A DNA stretch of 64,000 nt from Takakia lepidozioides. Taxonomy: Eukaryota > Plantae > Bryophyta. Positions 1 to 13,899 of the stretch are shown here, piece by piece. The position numbers and the translations under genes were made by a program. Below the pieces are notes generated by a model. That model had not been told where the DNA came from. It made no database searches and worked only from the letters and a program-made list of their open reading frames with translations. Location of the stretch: contig CM060731.1 in assembly GCA_030704615.1 (NCBI GenBank), positions 24,056,001 to 24,120,000 of the forward strand, read 5' to 3'. Numbering within the stretch: position 1 is the stretch's first letter; each line of letters begins with the position of its first letter.

Positions 1-1270
1 ACAATGCCCAGGCAAACTGGGCTGCAGTTAGGAGGGTATATGGGGACGACCCAAAGACTCCAATGGAAGGAAAGGAGAGATCTTGCGGGTTCCACTTCAT
101 GCAGAGTTTGACGCAAAACACGAAAAGGTTCGTGGCGTCACGCCACCGGCAGGATCATATCAGTATGTGCCTAGCGTGGAAAAATGCGAATTCCATCGAC
201 GAGGCGGAGACCGAGTTTGCAACCATACGCGCCTGGTGGGTGTCTTCAGGGGCAGTGGATGTGAAAGATCAGCCAGAACTGCAAACGTGGCTTGCGTGGT
301 GGCATTATAGATTCCGCCAGTTTGGAGACTACATGAGACAGGTAACACATTTCTGTACTTGACAATTGTTCTGTTTTGTGCTTGGACATTCTCCACAATC
401 AGTGACATATCTAATTTCCTTCAACAGGACATGAGCTTGGAGGATGACACGGATATGCCGACGACGAACATGGCCGAATCGGTGCACTCTTCCTGGCGTG
501 CTTCCTCTGCAGCACATCTCGTTGACATGTTGACAGCAACAACAGAAGATATTGTGAGGGCCATCATGCAACAATCTCATTACTACCAGTTTCTGGGAGG
601 AAAGCAATGGGGTATCGGACCAGACAGGCAGGAGATGCTGATGAGGGCGGCGCATCGTTCGACCGATCCCAAAAAATGGACTGCTGCATTGCGGGAAACT
701 ATAAGGTCAACGCCGTTACACAGTCGGGGGAACTGCCTGGAGGGCGATGTCCGCAGCCGGCCGGTGAAGAGAAGAATTGAGGACATGCCCGGAGGGGATG
801 GGGATTCATGGAGATCAGATATGAACATCCGCACTCAACCTCGGGGCGCAACGATGTTGCGTCCCACGCCTCCACGAAGCAGGACTCGTACCCCCTCTCC
901 TGCAGCATCCATGGAATCGCTGCCAGACTCGGGACAACATGCCGAGGATGGGCATTCTGCTCCTGTTTTCGTTACCCAATACAACATTCCAATCGTGGAG
1001 CGAGATGTGTCGGCCTCGCAGTGGAGAATTGCACGGACCCGTCCGACATTTCGTGGCAAATGTTGTGCTGTTCGTGTCGACACCAACCAGAGATGCAATG
1101 AGATGATTCGGAGGAGCCCGCAGGGCGGTGTGCCTGCCCCTTGCTTCACAGGGAGATTTGTGTGCGCAAAGTTTGTGGAGGCCACACTGAAGGAGTTTTG
1201 GTTCTGCAGGCACGACATCATGTCGTGTGTGTTCGGCAAGCCCAAGTATGGTGTACAAGGCATGCCTGAA
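1..1270 (+). pseudogene. Truncated MULE-type transposase fragment, a divergent relative of the transposase at 20833-24392; runs off the window start and is fused to PPR sequence at ~1270
   Basis: Translates NAQANWAAVRRVYGDDPKTPMEGKERSCGFHF (CxxH) ... TNMAESVHSSW (catalytic E region), colinear with SAQANFNAVRHVFG...RTCLFHW...CNLAETVHNAW. GT-AG intron 342-427 lies at the same position as intron 22854-22983. Confidence 0.8.
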
Positions 1271-1276
1271 CCGGCA

Positions 1277-3381
1277 TGTTTCTGTGCATTTGCAATGCGT
1301 GTGCAAACCTGGTAGCTCTGGAAAAGGGCAAAGAGGTCCATGGCGACATGGTCAGAGCTGCAGTTGTACCAAATGTCATTCTGAACAATACCCTCGTGGA
1401 CATATATGAAGGGAGTGTTCAACAGTATGGCTAAACGAGATGTGGTGTCGTGGAGTGTGATGATTGCAGGATATGCACAGCAAGGGTGCGGGATGGAGGC
1501 TTTGGAGACCCATGAGCAAATGATGTGCGGAGGGGGTGAAGCCCAACCACATGACGTTAATTTGCATTTGCAATGCGTGTGCAAGCCTAGCAACCCTAGA
1601 AATGTGCCAAGAGGTCCATGGTGACATTATCAAATTTGGAACTGTACCCGATGTCATTCTGAACACTGCCCTGGTGGACATGTATGTCAAATGTGGGTGC
1701 ATCGAGGATGCAAATGGAGTGTTTGACAGTATGGCTGAACGTAATGTGGTGTTGTCGAGTGTGATGATTGCAAGATATGCACAACAAGGGTGTGGGATAG
1801 AGGCTTTGGAGACCTATGAGCAAATGATGGGCGAAGGGGTGAAAACCAACCACATCACATTTGTTTGTGTTTTGCAATGCGTGTGCAAGCCTGGGAGCTC
1901 TAGAAAAGGGGAAAGAGGTCCATGGTGACATCGTCAAAGCTGGAATGGTACCAGATGTCATCCTGAACACTGCCCTGGTGGACATGTATGCCAAATGTGG
2001 GTGCATTAAGGATGTGAAGGGAGGTAATCTCAACACTATGGCTGAACTAGATGTGGTGTCATGGAACGCGATGGTTGCAGGGATGCATAGTAGGGGCGTG
2101 GGATGGAGGTTTTGGAGACCTATGAGCAAATGATGGGGGAAAGGGTGAAGCCCAACCACATCACGTTTGTGTGCGTGTGCAGTGCGTGTGCAAGCCTGGC
2201 AGCCCTGGAAAAGGGCAAAGAGGTGCATGGTTGCATCGCCAAAGCTGGAAGTGTACCAGATGTGATTCTAAAGAATACCCTCGTGGACATGTATGCCAAA
2301 TGTGGAGCATTAAGGATGCGGAGGGAGTGTTCAACAGTATGGCTGAACGAGATTTGGTGTCATGGAACGCCATGCTTGTAGCACAACAGGGGGGCGGGAT
2401 GGAGGCCTTGGAGACCTATGAGCAAATGATGGGGGAACGGATGAAGTGCAACCACATCACGTTTCTGTGCGTTTGCAATGCTTGTGCAAGCCTGGCAGCC
2501 CTGGAAAAGGGCAAAGGGTGCATGGTGACATCATCAAAGCTGGAATTGTACCAAATGTCATTCAGGACACTGCCCTGGTGGACATGTATGCGAAATGTGG
2601 GTGCATTGAGGATGCAAAGGGAGTATTTGACAATGTGGCTGGCTTGAAGCCGGACAATATCACCTTTATGTGTTCTCTCTGCATGTAGCCACACTGGCCT
2701 ACTGAATGAAGGAAGACGCTACTTCGATTCCCTGAGTCAAGATCATGGTGTCACCCCACTAGTAAAGCACTTTGGCTATGGTGGACCTTGTGGACATGCA
2801 GGACAAGTACATGAGGCAGTGGACCTGATTAATAAAATGCCAATCAATCTAGATGTTGTGGTGTGGAAGGCCTTGCTTGGTGCCTGCAGAATCCATGGCA
2901 ATGTGGAGATGGCTGAATGTGTGGCAACATCTATCCTCAAGTGGGATGAACAGGATACCGCGACCTATGTGTTGCTATATCAAACATCCATGCTGCAGCT
3001 GGCAGGTGGGATGATACTGCAAAGGTGATCTCGAAGAATGATGAAGGTCAGAGGGGTTAGAAAGGAGCCAGATGACAAGTTGCATCCCAAAATTAAGGAA
3101 ATCCATGTTGAGCTGAGAAGATTGTCTGGGCAGATGAAGGAGGCGGGGTATGTGCCTGACACACACTTTTTATTGCATGATGTGGAGGAAAGGAATTTTC
3201 TCTTGGCCATTGGTTTTGGGCTGATCAGCACGACTCATCAAGAATCTTCGAGTGTGTGGAGACTGCCACACCTCCACCAAATTCATCTCAAAGATTGTTG
3301 GCCGAGCAATTGTTGAATGGGACGCTAACTACTTTCCACCACTTTGAAGATGGGATTTGTTCTTGTGGTGATTACTGGTGA
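1277..3381 (+). pseudogene. PLS-E-DYW pentatricopeptide repeat (RNA-editing factor) pseudogene
   Basis: Tandem P-L-S triplets ([32 protein letters not shown]), E domain (VWKALLGACRIHGN), RVCGDCH, C-terminal [14 protein letters not shown] ending at 3381. Many frameshifts; PG box and HSE motif deleted. Confidence 0.95.
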
Positions 3382-3408
3382 AAGGATGTTTTCTTGGAAA
3401 GATGCTAG

Positions 3409-3560
3409 TGTCTTGCTTCATTCATTGATCTGTGTAGCTACTCAGACCATCCACCATTTCCTGAGAGTATTTACCATCATGTACTGTTGAGTGCAAGATG
3501 CAAGTGTCTCGCTTCATTCATTGATCTGTGTAGCTACTCAGACCATCCACCATTTCCTGA
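3409..3560 (+). repeat. ~55-bp direct duplication in the PPR 3' flank
   Basis: gcttcattcattgatctgtgtagctactcagaccatccaccatttcctga occurs at ~3415 and ~3511. Confidence 0.8.
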
Positions 3561-4779
3561 TGGTGGGGTCTACCCGGCATAGGTGGGAAGTCAGCCCACA
3601 ATTGCACTTGACTGAAGGGGTGATTTTTGACTGATTCTGGCGACAGTGGATGGAAATCAGAGGCCAAGTGGTTGGAACTCTCTGCATCACCTAGGTGGTC
3701 TAGGGCTCAAAGTGTCCTCAAAGTGTCTATCTTCCAACAGAAGGCACTGGTCCCGAGTAGTAACTCGGATGATGAGACACCATAATTTATGCTTCCTTGG
3801 GGAGGCGTCATCCTTTTCTTTTCTATGTAGTATGTGCAAAGTATATATATTAAGCATGATTGATTGATATGACATGGATGCTATGGAGGTTGGGCACCTA
3901 GGCGATTAAGCTTGTGATTTTATGTATTTGTACTCCTAATAAACTTATCATTGTTGGAAATGGATTGATTGAGTGTGAGTTACACAACGACAAACGCACT
4001 GTGCTAGCAAGTAAGTTTGCCTCCTTTCACTCTCCCGTTCAATTTTCTTGAATGTACACAATTAGGCACGCATAGATGTATCACATCTGATACATCTGTA
4101 TTCATCTGAAGATCTCTAACTGAGCAGCCCTGCTTCTCTTCAGATAATTGGCATGATCCCTGTGAATCAGATAAAATCCTCCACTTACATGAAATTTTTT
4201 ACGCTGGCCAAATAGTTGCCCACCCTTGAGAGTGGGCAGTACAATCGTTGCTTGCCAGAGGAAGTGGCTCTTATATGTTATTTCGGCCGCAGTCTTCCTT
4301 ATTACTTTCAACAACTGCACTGTAAAGGCAGACGTGGGACCATCTTAGAGTTGAACCCATGACCACCTGCTGTATAAAAACACCACCCAGCTACAATTTC
4401 AACAGAAGAGAAATTCTAGGAGATCATCAGTTTGAGAGAAGATTCAGTGCCAAACATGACTAGCTCTCTCACAATATTTCACAGGGGTAGTTTGGAATAT
4501 CTGGTATCTGCAGGAACTGATCATTCCTCATATGGAAGCCTTGGCTTCAAAGAGAGATAATATGGATTCAAGTAAAATCCTTTCAAGACTATTGGGTCTC
4601 ATTAACAGTATACATGTACGTATGCGTTGAAGGTACTGTGATTGTGGCTTGAAGGATTCAACGCTGCAAACTGTTTTTGTCTATACAAAACCAGAGCCTT
4701 AGTAACGCATCTGCACCTTTACTGGCTTTACTGGGTTCGCTAGAGACAGTGAGTTCACATCGTCATTCTGCGGAGAAGA

Positions 4780-7700
4780 TCACTTCTGGTCGGAGGTGGT
4801 TGTGGTGGTGGTGGTAGTGGTTTCTGTGCAGACACTACTGTCAACCACATCATCTCCCACTTTAGAGGAGGCCTCATGGACCTGAGTAACAATTTCCTTC
4901 ACCCCATCTGCAATCGACTTGGAAGCCGTAGCAGCTGCGTCAACCACCCCTTGTTGGATATGGGTGGCAGCATTCTTGGTCGCTGCTTCGCCGTCACTAA
5001 GAGACTGGGATGCCTGTTGCATCAAGGAGCTCGCCTGTTGGGCAAGTCCCTCTACCTGCTGGAACTGAGAGGCCGCATCTTGGGCCATTGCAGACAGCTG
5101 CCCAGCAGGTGTTGCGAGTGTTTGGATAGCGGAATTCGTCACCCCTTGTTGGATGTGGATGGCCGAATCTCTTGCAGCTGCCAAGTACCCGGTAGCGAGC
5201 GCTTGGGTGTCACTCAGGTTTTGAGCCCCTTGTTGGGAAACCGAAGAGACGATTCCTGGCTGTTGCCCACTGACAGAATTTGTACTCCCTTGTTGGAGTA
5301 GAGTCATTGCCTCATTAGCGAGGGTCGGTAAGTACATAGCTGCCGATGTTTGGCTTCTGTTGACAGAATCCAGTAACGCCTGCTGGAATTGGGAGGCTGT
5401 CATGCCCGCTGCTGATTGCGCCTGCGTATAAAACGGAGTACTTTGGGTAGCAGCATCCGCCATCCCTTGTTGGATATGGTTGATCGCATCTCTTGCGCCG
5501 GACAAGTATCCTGAGGCCATGGCTTGGCCTTCACCAACAGACTGAACCCCCTGCTGGTAGAGGGATGCTGCCTGTTGGGCAGCTGCGGATAGGGAAGGAG
5601 TTTGGGTAGCAACATTCGCTACTCCTTGTTGGAATAAAGCGGTTGCATCCCTGGCGACTGTTGGTAGGTAAGAAACGGCCGACGGTTGGCGCCTCAGCGC
5701 ATCCATCACTGCCAGTTGGAATTGAGAAACCATCGCTTCGTTGATTGTAGGGCTTCTGTTGGCTTGAGGGATGTGTATAACTGCATCCCTAGCGTTTGCC
5801 CAGTGCCCCCTGGCGAATGCTTGGCCTCCCTGAGCCCCTTGGTTGAAGAGGGAGGTCGCCTCTTGGACAATTCCGGATAGTTGTCCTGGAGACAGTGAAG
5901 AGTTTTGGGAAGCCACATTTGAGAGACCCTGTTGGATCAGAGTGCTGGCGTCCCGGGTGATATCTGGTAAGTATGCTGCGGCAGATGCTTGCCCCATGGA
6001 AACAGTATCCCTCGCTGTTTGCTGGAGTAGGGAGGCGGCCTCTTGAGCCATTTCAGGCAACTGCACGATGGTCGACGAAATGCTTCGAGGGCCATTGATC
6101 AGCCCCTGTTGGATCTCGATGATTGCGTCCTTGGCGGCAGGCAAGTAAACAGCAGCCGTCGCTTGGCTTGCACTCACGGCGGTAGCCCCCTCTTGGAGGA
6201 GAGAGGCAGCCTGTCGGGCAAGTTCTGGTAGGTTGCTTTGTGTGGCGACATTGCTCACGGCTTGTTGTATCTGGGCAGAAGCATTTGTCACCCCCTGTTG
6301 AATTTCATTGACGGCGTTCGTCATACCCTTTTGGATTGAGGCCACCTCGTTGGAGATGCCCGACACAGCAAGCGCATCCTTGGCATAGGAAGTGGCTGAC
6401 TCATCGAATTTGTTAATCCCATCCTTCACCGCTTTCTCAACTTTTGTATTAGATTCTAGATCCTGCACCCCGTGCTTGACTAGGGAGACTGCCTCCTTGG
6501 CAAGATTCTGCATACCACCAGGTCCCCCTTTGCCAGTAACCGCATCCTCAATTCCAGAAAACAGAGATAAGGCCTCCTGACCCAGAGAGGGTTGCTGTTT
6601 CGCACCTCCACCTGCACCTCCGTCCTGGCCAGGTGCCGTCACAGTTTCGGTTACCTTGACGGTGGAGTCAGTAGTCGTCGTCGTTTTGGTAGGCTTCAGG
6701 GGGGGCAGGGGGTGAGTAAGTCCGTTTCTTGCGCCTGGTGAGAATGCGAAAACAGAGGTGATCACAGACCCCACCAGCAATGGCAATGTCTTAACTATTG
6801 TTCCAGGCACATGTTTGTAAAAGCAGGTTGACACTGGGCTTGTCAGCAGCGTCAGAGTTGCAAACGCGGCTCCTGATAAAAAAGCATGAAGAACGTCTTG
6901 AAACTTCAACTTGTACTGTCCATGGCAGCCTGTATATGTAGATCCAATCACACCCTCAATGCCAGAGTCCTCGAATGCAGGGTTCCAGAGCCCCTTGAAT
7001 GTCACAACTCCATGATAGACTTTCCCATTGTCAGCCTGCGTTCAGTATATCCAGGTGCCACGAGCTCGGTCAATTTCCAGATACTTAAACCAGTACCTAA
7101 CAGAGTTTATGCGAAGGTATGCTAATTTGTAGAATGTCCATATTCAGACACGCTTGGTGAGAGGATCGCTCACAATATCTACAAACCATCTGAACACCAG
7201 TTGACCTGGCTCAGATCAACTCAAAGTATGCATATGTGATACTTACCTCAACCGCACTGCCAGCAGATCAGAGAACACTTTCTGTTCAGTATCTAGATAA
7301 ATCTTCAATGTGGGCACAAACTTGGTTATCTATTGACATAAGAATCTCTGTTGCGGTTGCAGTTCGTATGTATCTGCAAAGGTGTTGTTCAATCAGCCTG
7401 AAGACTATCTAGACTAAACAATCCTCTGGGCAATGTCTTTAGTGGACCATGCATATGTCCATTATAGCATGCTCTCAACCTGGAAGGCATAAACTGGGCG
7501 GTTATGTTTGTTTATGCAAAGTCGTAGATGAGATCTCCATGCATTGCACGGTGCAGTGATCATGCATAAACAAACTTATCTCAAAAGGGTCAGCTACATT
7601 TGAACTCGGGATCTAGACAGTCTTGCAAGTGAAGGAAAAGACGTACGCAACGACCTTCTCCTACAAACTTGGGATCACGCAACGTGCGCACCCTTTGAGG

Positions 7701-9807
7701 GCGTACACCTCGCGGGATCCCAACAACACCGGAGCCCCTTGTGAGTTTTGGCTGGCCCCATTAAGTTTCGTTTACTGCACGCGCTCTTATGAGGTTCATT
7801 CCAGCACTGGTCTTCATTAGCAGCTGGAACCAACAGAGCATGTTAATGGAGAAGAGGGACGAGTATTATATCCAGAGAGAGGTCTTGATCCTCGTAGCAA
7901 GGGAGGGAGGCTTATGACACATGTTAGCTACAAAAGGGCTAGAGACGGTCATCAACGACGGAAAAGCTTGGAATTGGGAACTACCAGGTTGCAAGCTTGC
8001 AGGATATATAGATAAATATCACATAGACAGACTTCTGACCAGTGTGATAATATTATGTACAGCGCTAATGGAAGGCACCTACAGGCTATATTGATACGGA
8101 AGGTATTGACACTTTGTCTTGTGGACAACAGTGGGTACTTGGCGATTCCTTGGAAGCTCTCCACAGTGCCTTCAGAATTACTCGCGGTCGATGCAACATA
8201 TCAACGATCTCGAGGCTGGCTAAACGGACCCCTCCTCTGGTCACTAGTGTTGAACATCCATTTCAGTACTACTTGGTTTATGAATATTTGGGCCTCCAAA
8301 GACTGACAAATTCTGCCCGGGCCACTTAGCAAAGGCTTCCAGTACACCAGTATAAGATCCGATTCACTCCAAACCCGTCCGTTTAGAATCAAGCTCTCTT
8401 GTTCAGCTTAGATTGCTTATGCAACTTGTGCTCCTGATCAAGAGGTTTTGAGTAGCAGTCATATGCCTACGGATCAAGTGCTCTGTCTTTTCTGTGGAAT
8501 ATAAAGGTCACCGGTTCTGCCTTCAAAAGAAAAAGAAAAAGAGGAGGTTCATGATCAACTTTTATTTAGCAGGGTGACAATGCAGCCATATTGATCTAAC
8601 AAATTAGTTTTCTCGAATCTCAGACTGATCCCAATGCGAACTATTAAAACAGCTCAGGAATGGAATTGAACCTGAATCCTGGGATTGTGACCACGTAGCT
8701 AGAGTACCTGCACCCGAGCATTCTGTGTGGCAACAGAGCGCGCGGTGTTAAGTCAGAGGATTCCTGCCTAAAGTTCCTAAAGGTGTCGCGCCAACCTATG
8801 CTGATCCTCGGGATGACTTGGACCAGCCTATGAAGACCAAATGCACAAATTTTTGCACTCCGGAATTTGGCCATAATCAGTAAGAACTAATATAGTACTT
8901 AGTACATGATAAACGGATTCATGGTTAATAGAGCGTCACTGTCAGATCAGCGCAATCTGTATGCTTACTAAATCTAGGTTTTCGGTGATCAAAACATGAA
9001 CTCACCAAATCGTCTATGCTGCATTGCAAGAGAAGATCATGCGGCTGAGATGAAAGTGGGTAGCTGCGCTGGATTAATGCAGGCAAAGTTAATCCTGATC
9101 TGATAGGGAAAATGCTATAATTATGGCCTTCAGTATGTGAAACAACTTTCACATACGTTGGATGAGCTGTTTCGTGGTTGGTCCCCCTGGGCATCCATTG
9201 CCCAACTCTTAATATACAGTGTACTAATGCACCCGCAATTCAGTCATTTCAATATACTCTACTGACTCTTGCTCTACATGCTTTGTCCAGGAGAAGCAGC
9301 TCAGGGTGACTTGATCATACAGGGCACAATACCAATTCAGCAGTCTTTAAAGCTTGTGCAATTATCAGAAGGAACAACGGAATATGGTGATGCCATGTAC
9401 GAGCCAGGAACTTCTATCGATCATGACGGAGGATATTGAAGTTCACGTGGAGATCTATATTCCAAATACACCATGTGATAATTCTGTGATCAAAACATGG
9501 GAGAGTGACTAGAGATAGAAACCTGGTAGGTATCGGTGAAGCAGACGACCACACATGTGGAAGCAAGAATGCACAGCATTACAGCGGTCACTACCCTCTC
9601 AACAGTCTGGCACACACCGTCGTTTGTAGCCAATGGCGCCAGAGTCTGAAACATCAGAAATGTGTTGGCAGGTAGTAGCTTGGTGATGTTTCCCATCATA
9701 TTTTGGTCCGATGGCTCGCCCTTGGGAGGGCGCATCTGCCTTTTGGCCTGGAAGTAGCTTTCCGTTGTGGTCGTGGTGGTAATCGGGGGAGCCGGGGCGC
9801 TTGCCAT
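4780..9807 (-). CDS. DMP: DMP (DUF679) membrane protein with a long Q/A-rich C-terminal repeat extension; 2 exons (9807-9523, 7035-4780), ~846 aa
   Basis: Exon 1 has NITKLLPANTFLMFQTLAPLATNDGVC...CFTDTYQ (DUF679 LLPT/FTDS motifs). A phase-0 GT-AG intron joins ADNGKVYHGVVTFKGLW...YKLKFQDVLHAFLS...CFY...LPLLVG...F.FSPGARNG. The frame stays open to 4780. Confidence 0.88.
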
Positions 9808-11160
9808 TGTGAGAGGTCTATAAGTGACTAGGCTGCCGAACAAGAAAGAGAAGTAAGCAGTCAAGCAAGAAAAGTAGTTCACAATAAAAACCAGCAGACA
9901 GCACAAGGATGCAGCCGAATGTTCCACATAAGAGAATAAAGAGATGGAAAGTAGTAGTAGGAATAGGCCACAAAAGGAAGGAAGGAAGGAACCTGACAAG
10001 AGAGAAACTGGGAGTTAGAGCAAGTCTCACATGAGAGTCTGGGGAAAGTTATGGCTGCAGGAGAGAGGGATCAAAGATGGGCAGAGACACGGAGAGAGCT
10101 GGGAAAAACAGCTGCTCCACCGCGATAGAAACAGATTAGTGATACAAACAGAACCAATCGAGAGACTTTAAGAATGTGGATCGGTCTGATTTCGTGTACA
10201 TAGACTGATGAGACTCGTCCGGAGCCCGGAGAAAGGATTTTTAGGCGATGTAGATGACGAGGTGGGGCCATGACCCTCTACCCACCACAAGAGGCCCAAT
10301 GAGGGGCGATGGAAGCATTCAAAGGAGGGCACGAGGCAGCAGGATGTAAACCAATGCATTGATGCCATATGCAAGTCATAAAGCCTGAGATCTCTCTGTC
10401 TGCCTCAGACAACCAAACGCTCGGACAGCTCCGACGTGGTGGGGCTCACATGCATCATGCCTGGCTATTCCGTCAGCTCTTATAATGACCGCAGCGCTCC
10501 CAAACCCCCACAAAATTGACATTCCTCAAGAGTGTTTTGGGCACCTTGTTACTAAACACTGGGAACCACGCAATGAGATATCCGCAGATCGCTTCTTTGG
10601 CACTAAAATCTACAACTTTCTCTATAACGGACGACCACATTTTGGAGTATATTCCATCCTGTTGATCATGTGATTCTTGTGGGATGAAGGTGCTACACGC
10701 TACTGGCCCACCACCTCACCGCTGCATGTATGGTGGTACTAGGCCTGCCGACCCATGGTGGGCACTAGGCACGCACTTCTGTTTTCGTCTCATTCTTTCC
10801 ACACTCTCGAGGGCTATCCTTCTCGGCATTACCCCTTCTCGGCATTACCCCTTGTATCTAGTTGACGAAGGCCGCACCCAAGCCATCCGCAACCGAGACA
10901 GGCTGCAGAATCTAGCGCGCATGTGCAATGCTTGCAAGAGGGCTGCGCTGCATGTGAAGAGCGTGGAGCAACATATCACGTGGGTAGTCCCCCATGGGCC
11001 CCTCATCATTTTCCCCACTCCACTTTATTGGCTCCTCTTTTTTAAAGTTAAGGGAAACACTTGGGAGAGAGAAGAGAAAAAATAACCTCTCAATAACCTC
11101 GCCTTAAGGCTTTCGGATGCGACACCGCGCAAGGAAGGGGGAGAAGAGTGTACCACACCC

Positions 11161-11234
11161 GTCAAATAGCAGGATTTAACCCTAGGGTTATCCGGATGGC
11201 ACTCGGTGCACTTTACCAACTGAGCTAGTGAATG
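11161..11234 (-). mobile_element. tRNA-derived sequence (SINE head or tRNA pseudogene)
   Basis: Minus strand has an A-box-like TAGCTCAGTTGG and a B-box-like GGGTTAAATCC at tRNA-like spacing; no intact acceptor stem. Confidence 0.45.
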
Positions 11235-11929
11235 TTAGTGGTTCCTCTTTATTCTAAAAAGGAGAATAAAGAGGAGACTACTCACTAGGGCTTCGCGTTG
11301 CCCCACACTACTGCGGACGAATTCTGAGAACTACGTTCAATTTTTCACAAAAAAAGGATGGGTCATCCCCACTGTGTTACATGCAGAGATCCAGTGTTTT
11401 GTTTTTTTCTGGAAAAAAAATGGTGGATCTGCATTTCAATGTTCAATTTTCACAAGCCGCATCAATCAATATCAACATACCCAAATACCCTTACATTCAC
11501 TGTATGAACTTTCAAGCATCCAGCGTGCGATTGGATCTTGGTGGGTTAACGCTAGCTTTTGACAATATTCATGTAAGTTCATCAAGGGCTCCATCCAAAG
11601 CCACACCACGATAAACAAACAAACATGTCCAAATTTAAGATGCTGAACAAACTTGTGCACAGGGCTGCCCCTCTCATCAAGCTCATTAAAATTCGTATTC
11701 ACTTCCATCTTCAAGCTTTGGAGAAGCTCCACCACCCAAACCTAGAATGATTTCCATCCACTGTCACCAGAATCAATAAAAAATCACCCCTTCAGTCCAG
11801 TGCAATTGTGGGCTGACTTCCTACCTATGCCGGGTAGACCCCACTATCAGGAAATGGTGGATGGTCTGAGTAGCTACACAGATCAATGAATGAAGCAAGA
11901 CACTAGCATCTTTCCAAGAAAACATCCTT

Positions 11930-13899
11930 TCACCAATTATCACCACAAGAACAAATCCCATCTTCAAAGTGGTGGGAAGTAGTTAGCGTCCCATACAACA
12001 ATTGCTCGGCCAACAATCTTTGAGATGAATTTGGTGGAGGTGTGGCAGTCTCCACACACTCGAAGATTCTTGATGAGTCGTGCTGATCAGCCCAAGACCA
12101 ATGGCCAGCTTCTCACTGTGGTGGCAAAGAGAAAATTCCTTTCCTCCACATCATGCAATAAAAAACGTGTGTCAGGCACATACCCTGCCTCCTTCATCTG
12201 CCCAGACAATCTTCTCAGCTCAGCATGGATTTCCTTAATTCTGGGATGCAACTTGTCATTTGTCTCCTTTCTAACCCCTCTGACCTTCATCATTCTTCTC
12301 ACCTTTGCAGCATCATCCCACCTGCCAGCTGCAGCATAGATGTTTGATATAGCACCACATAAGTCGTGGCATCCTGTTCATCCCACTTGAGGATAGATGT
12401 TGCCACACATTCAGCCATCTCCACTTTGCCATGGATTCTGCAGGCACCAAGCAAGGCCTTCCACACCACAACATCTGGATTGATTGGCATTTTATTAATC
12501 AGGTCCACTGCCTCATCCAGTTGTCCCCCACGTCTAAGAAGGTCCACCATGCAACCAAAGTGCTTTACTGTCAGATTGATACCATGATCTTCACTCATGG
12601 AATCGAAGTAGCATCTTCCTTCATTCAGTAGGTCAGTGTGGTTGCAGGCAGAGAGAACACATATAAAGGTGATACTGTCCGGCTTCAAGCCTTTCTTTTG
12701 CATTCCTTCAAATAGTTGCAGGACCTCCCTATGACAACCATGTTGGGCATATCCTACGATCATCGCATTCCACGACACCACATTTCATTCAGCCATATTG
12801 TCAAATACTCCCTTTGCATCCTCATTGCACTCACATTTCGCATACAAGTGAACCAGGGCAGTGTCCAGAATGACATTTGGTACAATTCCAACTTTGATGA
12901 TGTCACCATGAACCTCTTTGCCCTTTTCCAGGGCTGCCAGACTTGCACACGCATTGCAAACGCATACAAACGTGATGTGGTCGGGCTTCAACCCTCCCCC
13001 CAGGCCTCCATCCCGCACCCTGCTGTGCATATCCTACCAGCATGACGTTCCATGACACCAAATCTCGTTCAGCCATATTGTTGAACACTCCCTCCACATC
13101 CTCGATGCTCCCATATTTGGCATACATGTCTACGAGGGTATTGTTCATAATCACATCTGGTACAATTCCGGCTTTGGCGATGCAACCATGCACCTCTTTG
13201 CCCTTTTCCAGGGCTGCCAGGCTTGCACACGCATTGCAAACACAAACAAATCTGATATGGTTGGGCTTCACCCCTCTGCGCAGAATCTGCTCATAGGTCT
13301 CAAAAGCATTCCTACCACACCCATGCTTGGTAAATCCTGCCAACATTATATTCCACGTGATCAAGATCGTTGAGGCATTCTGTTGAATGCTTCCGCATCT
13401 TTTGCTCATAGGGACCCAAAGCCTCCATCCCACACCCATGCTGGGCATATCCTGTGATCATTGCATTCCACGACACCACATCCGGTTCAGCCATGTTGTC
13501 AAATACTCTCTTTGCAACCTTCATGCTCCCGCATTTCGCATACATGTCAACAAGGCTATTGTTCAAAATCAGATTTGGTACAAGTCCAGCTTTCATATGT
13601 CAGCATGGACCTCTTTGTCGTTTTCCAGGGCTGCCAGTCTCACACAAGCCTTGAGAATGCAAACAAATGTGACCTGATCGGGCATCACCCCTTGTTGTAT
13701 CAGTTGATCATGTCTTGAAGGCATTCCTACCACAACCATGCTTGGTATATCCTGCCACCATATTGTTGAACACTAGACAGGCCTCCCTTACACTCCCATA
13801 TTTGGCATACATGTTAACAAGGGCAGTCTCCCAATTGAGGTATGACGAAATTCCAGCTTTGATAATGTCAGCATGGATATCTTTGCCCTTCTCCAGGGC
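11930..13899 (-). pseudogene. PLS-E-DYW PPR pseudogene, 3' part; interrupted upstream by the MULE insertion
   Basis: PLS repeats, E domain, out-of-frame CHHSEKLA, RVCGDCH, ends [14 protein letters not shown] at 11930. Near-identical to 2560-3660 in inverted orientation. Confidence 0.95.
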
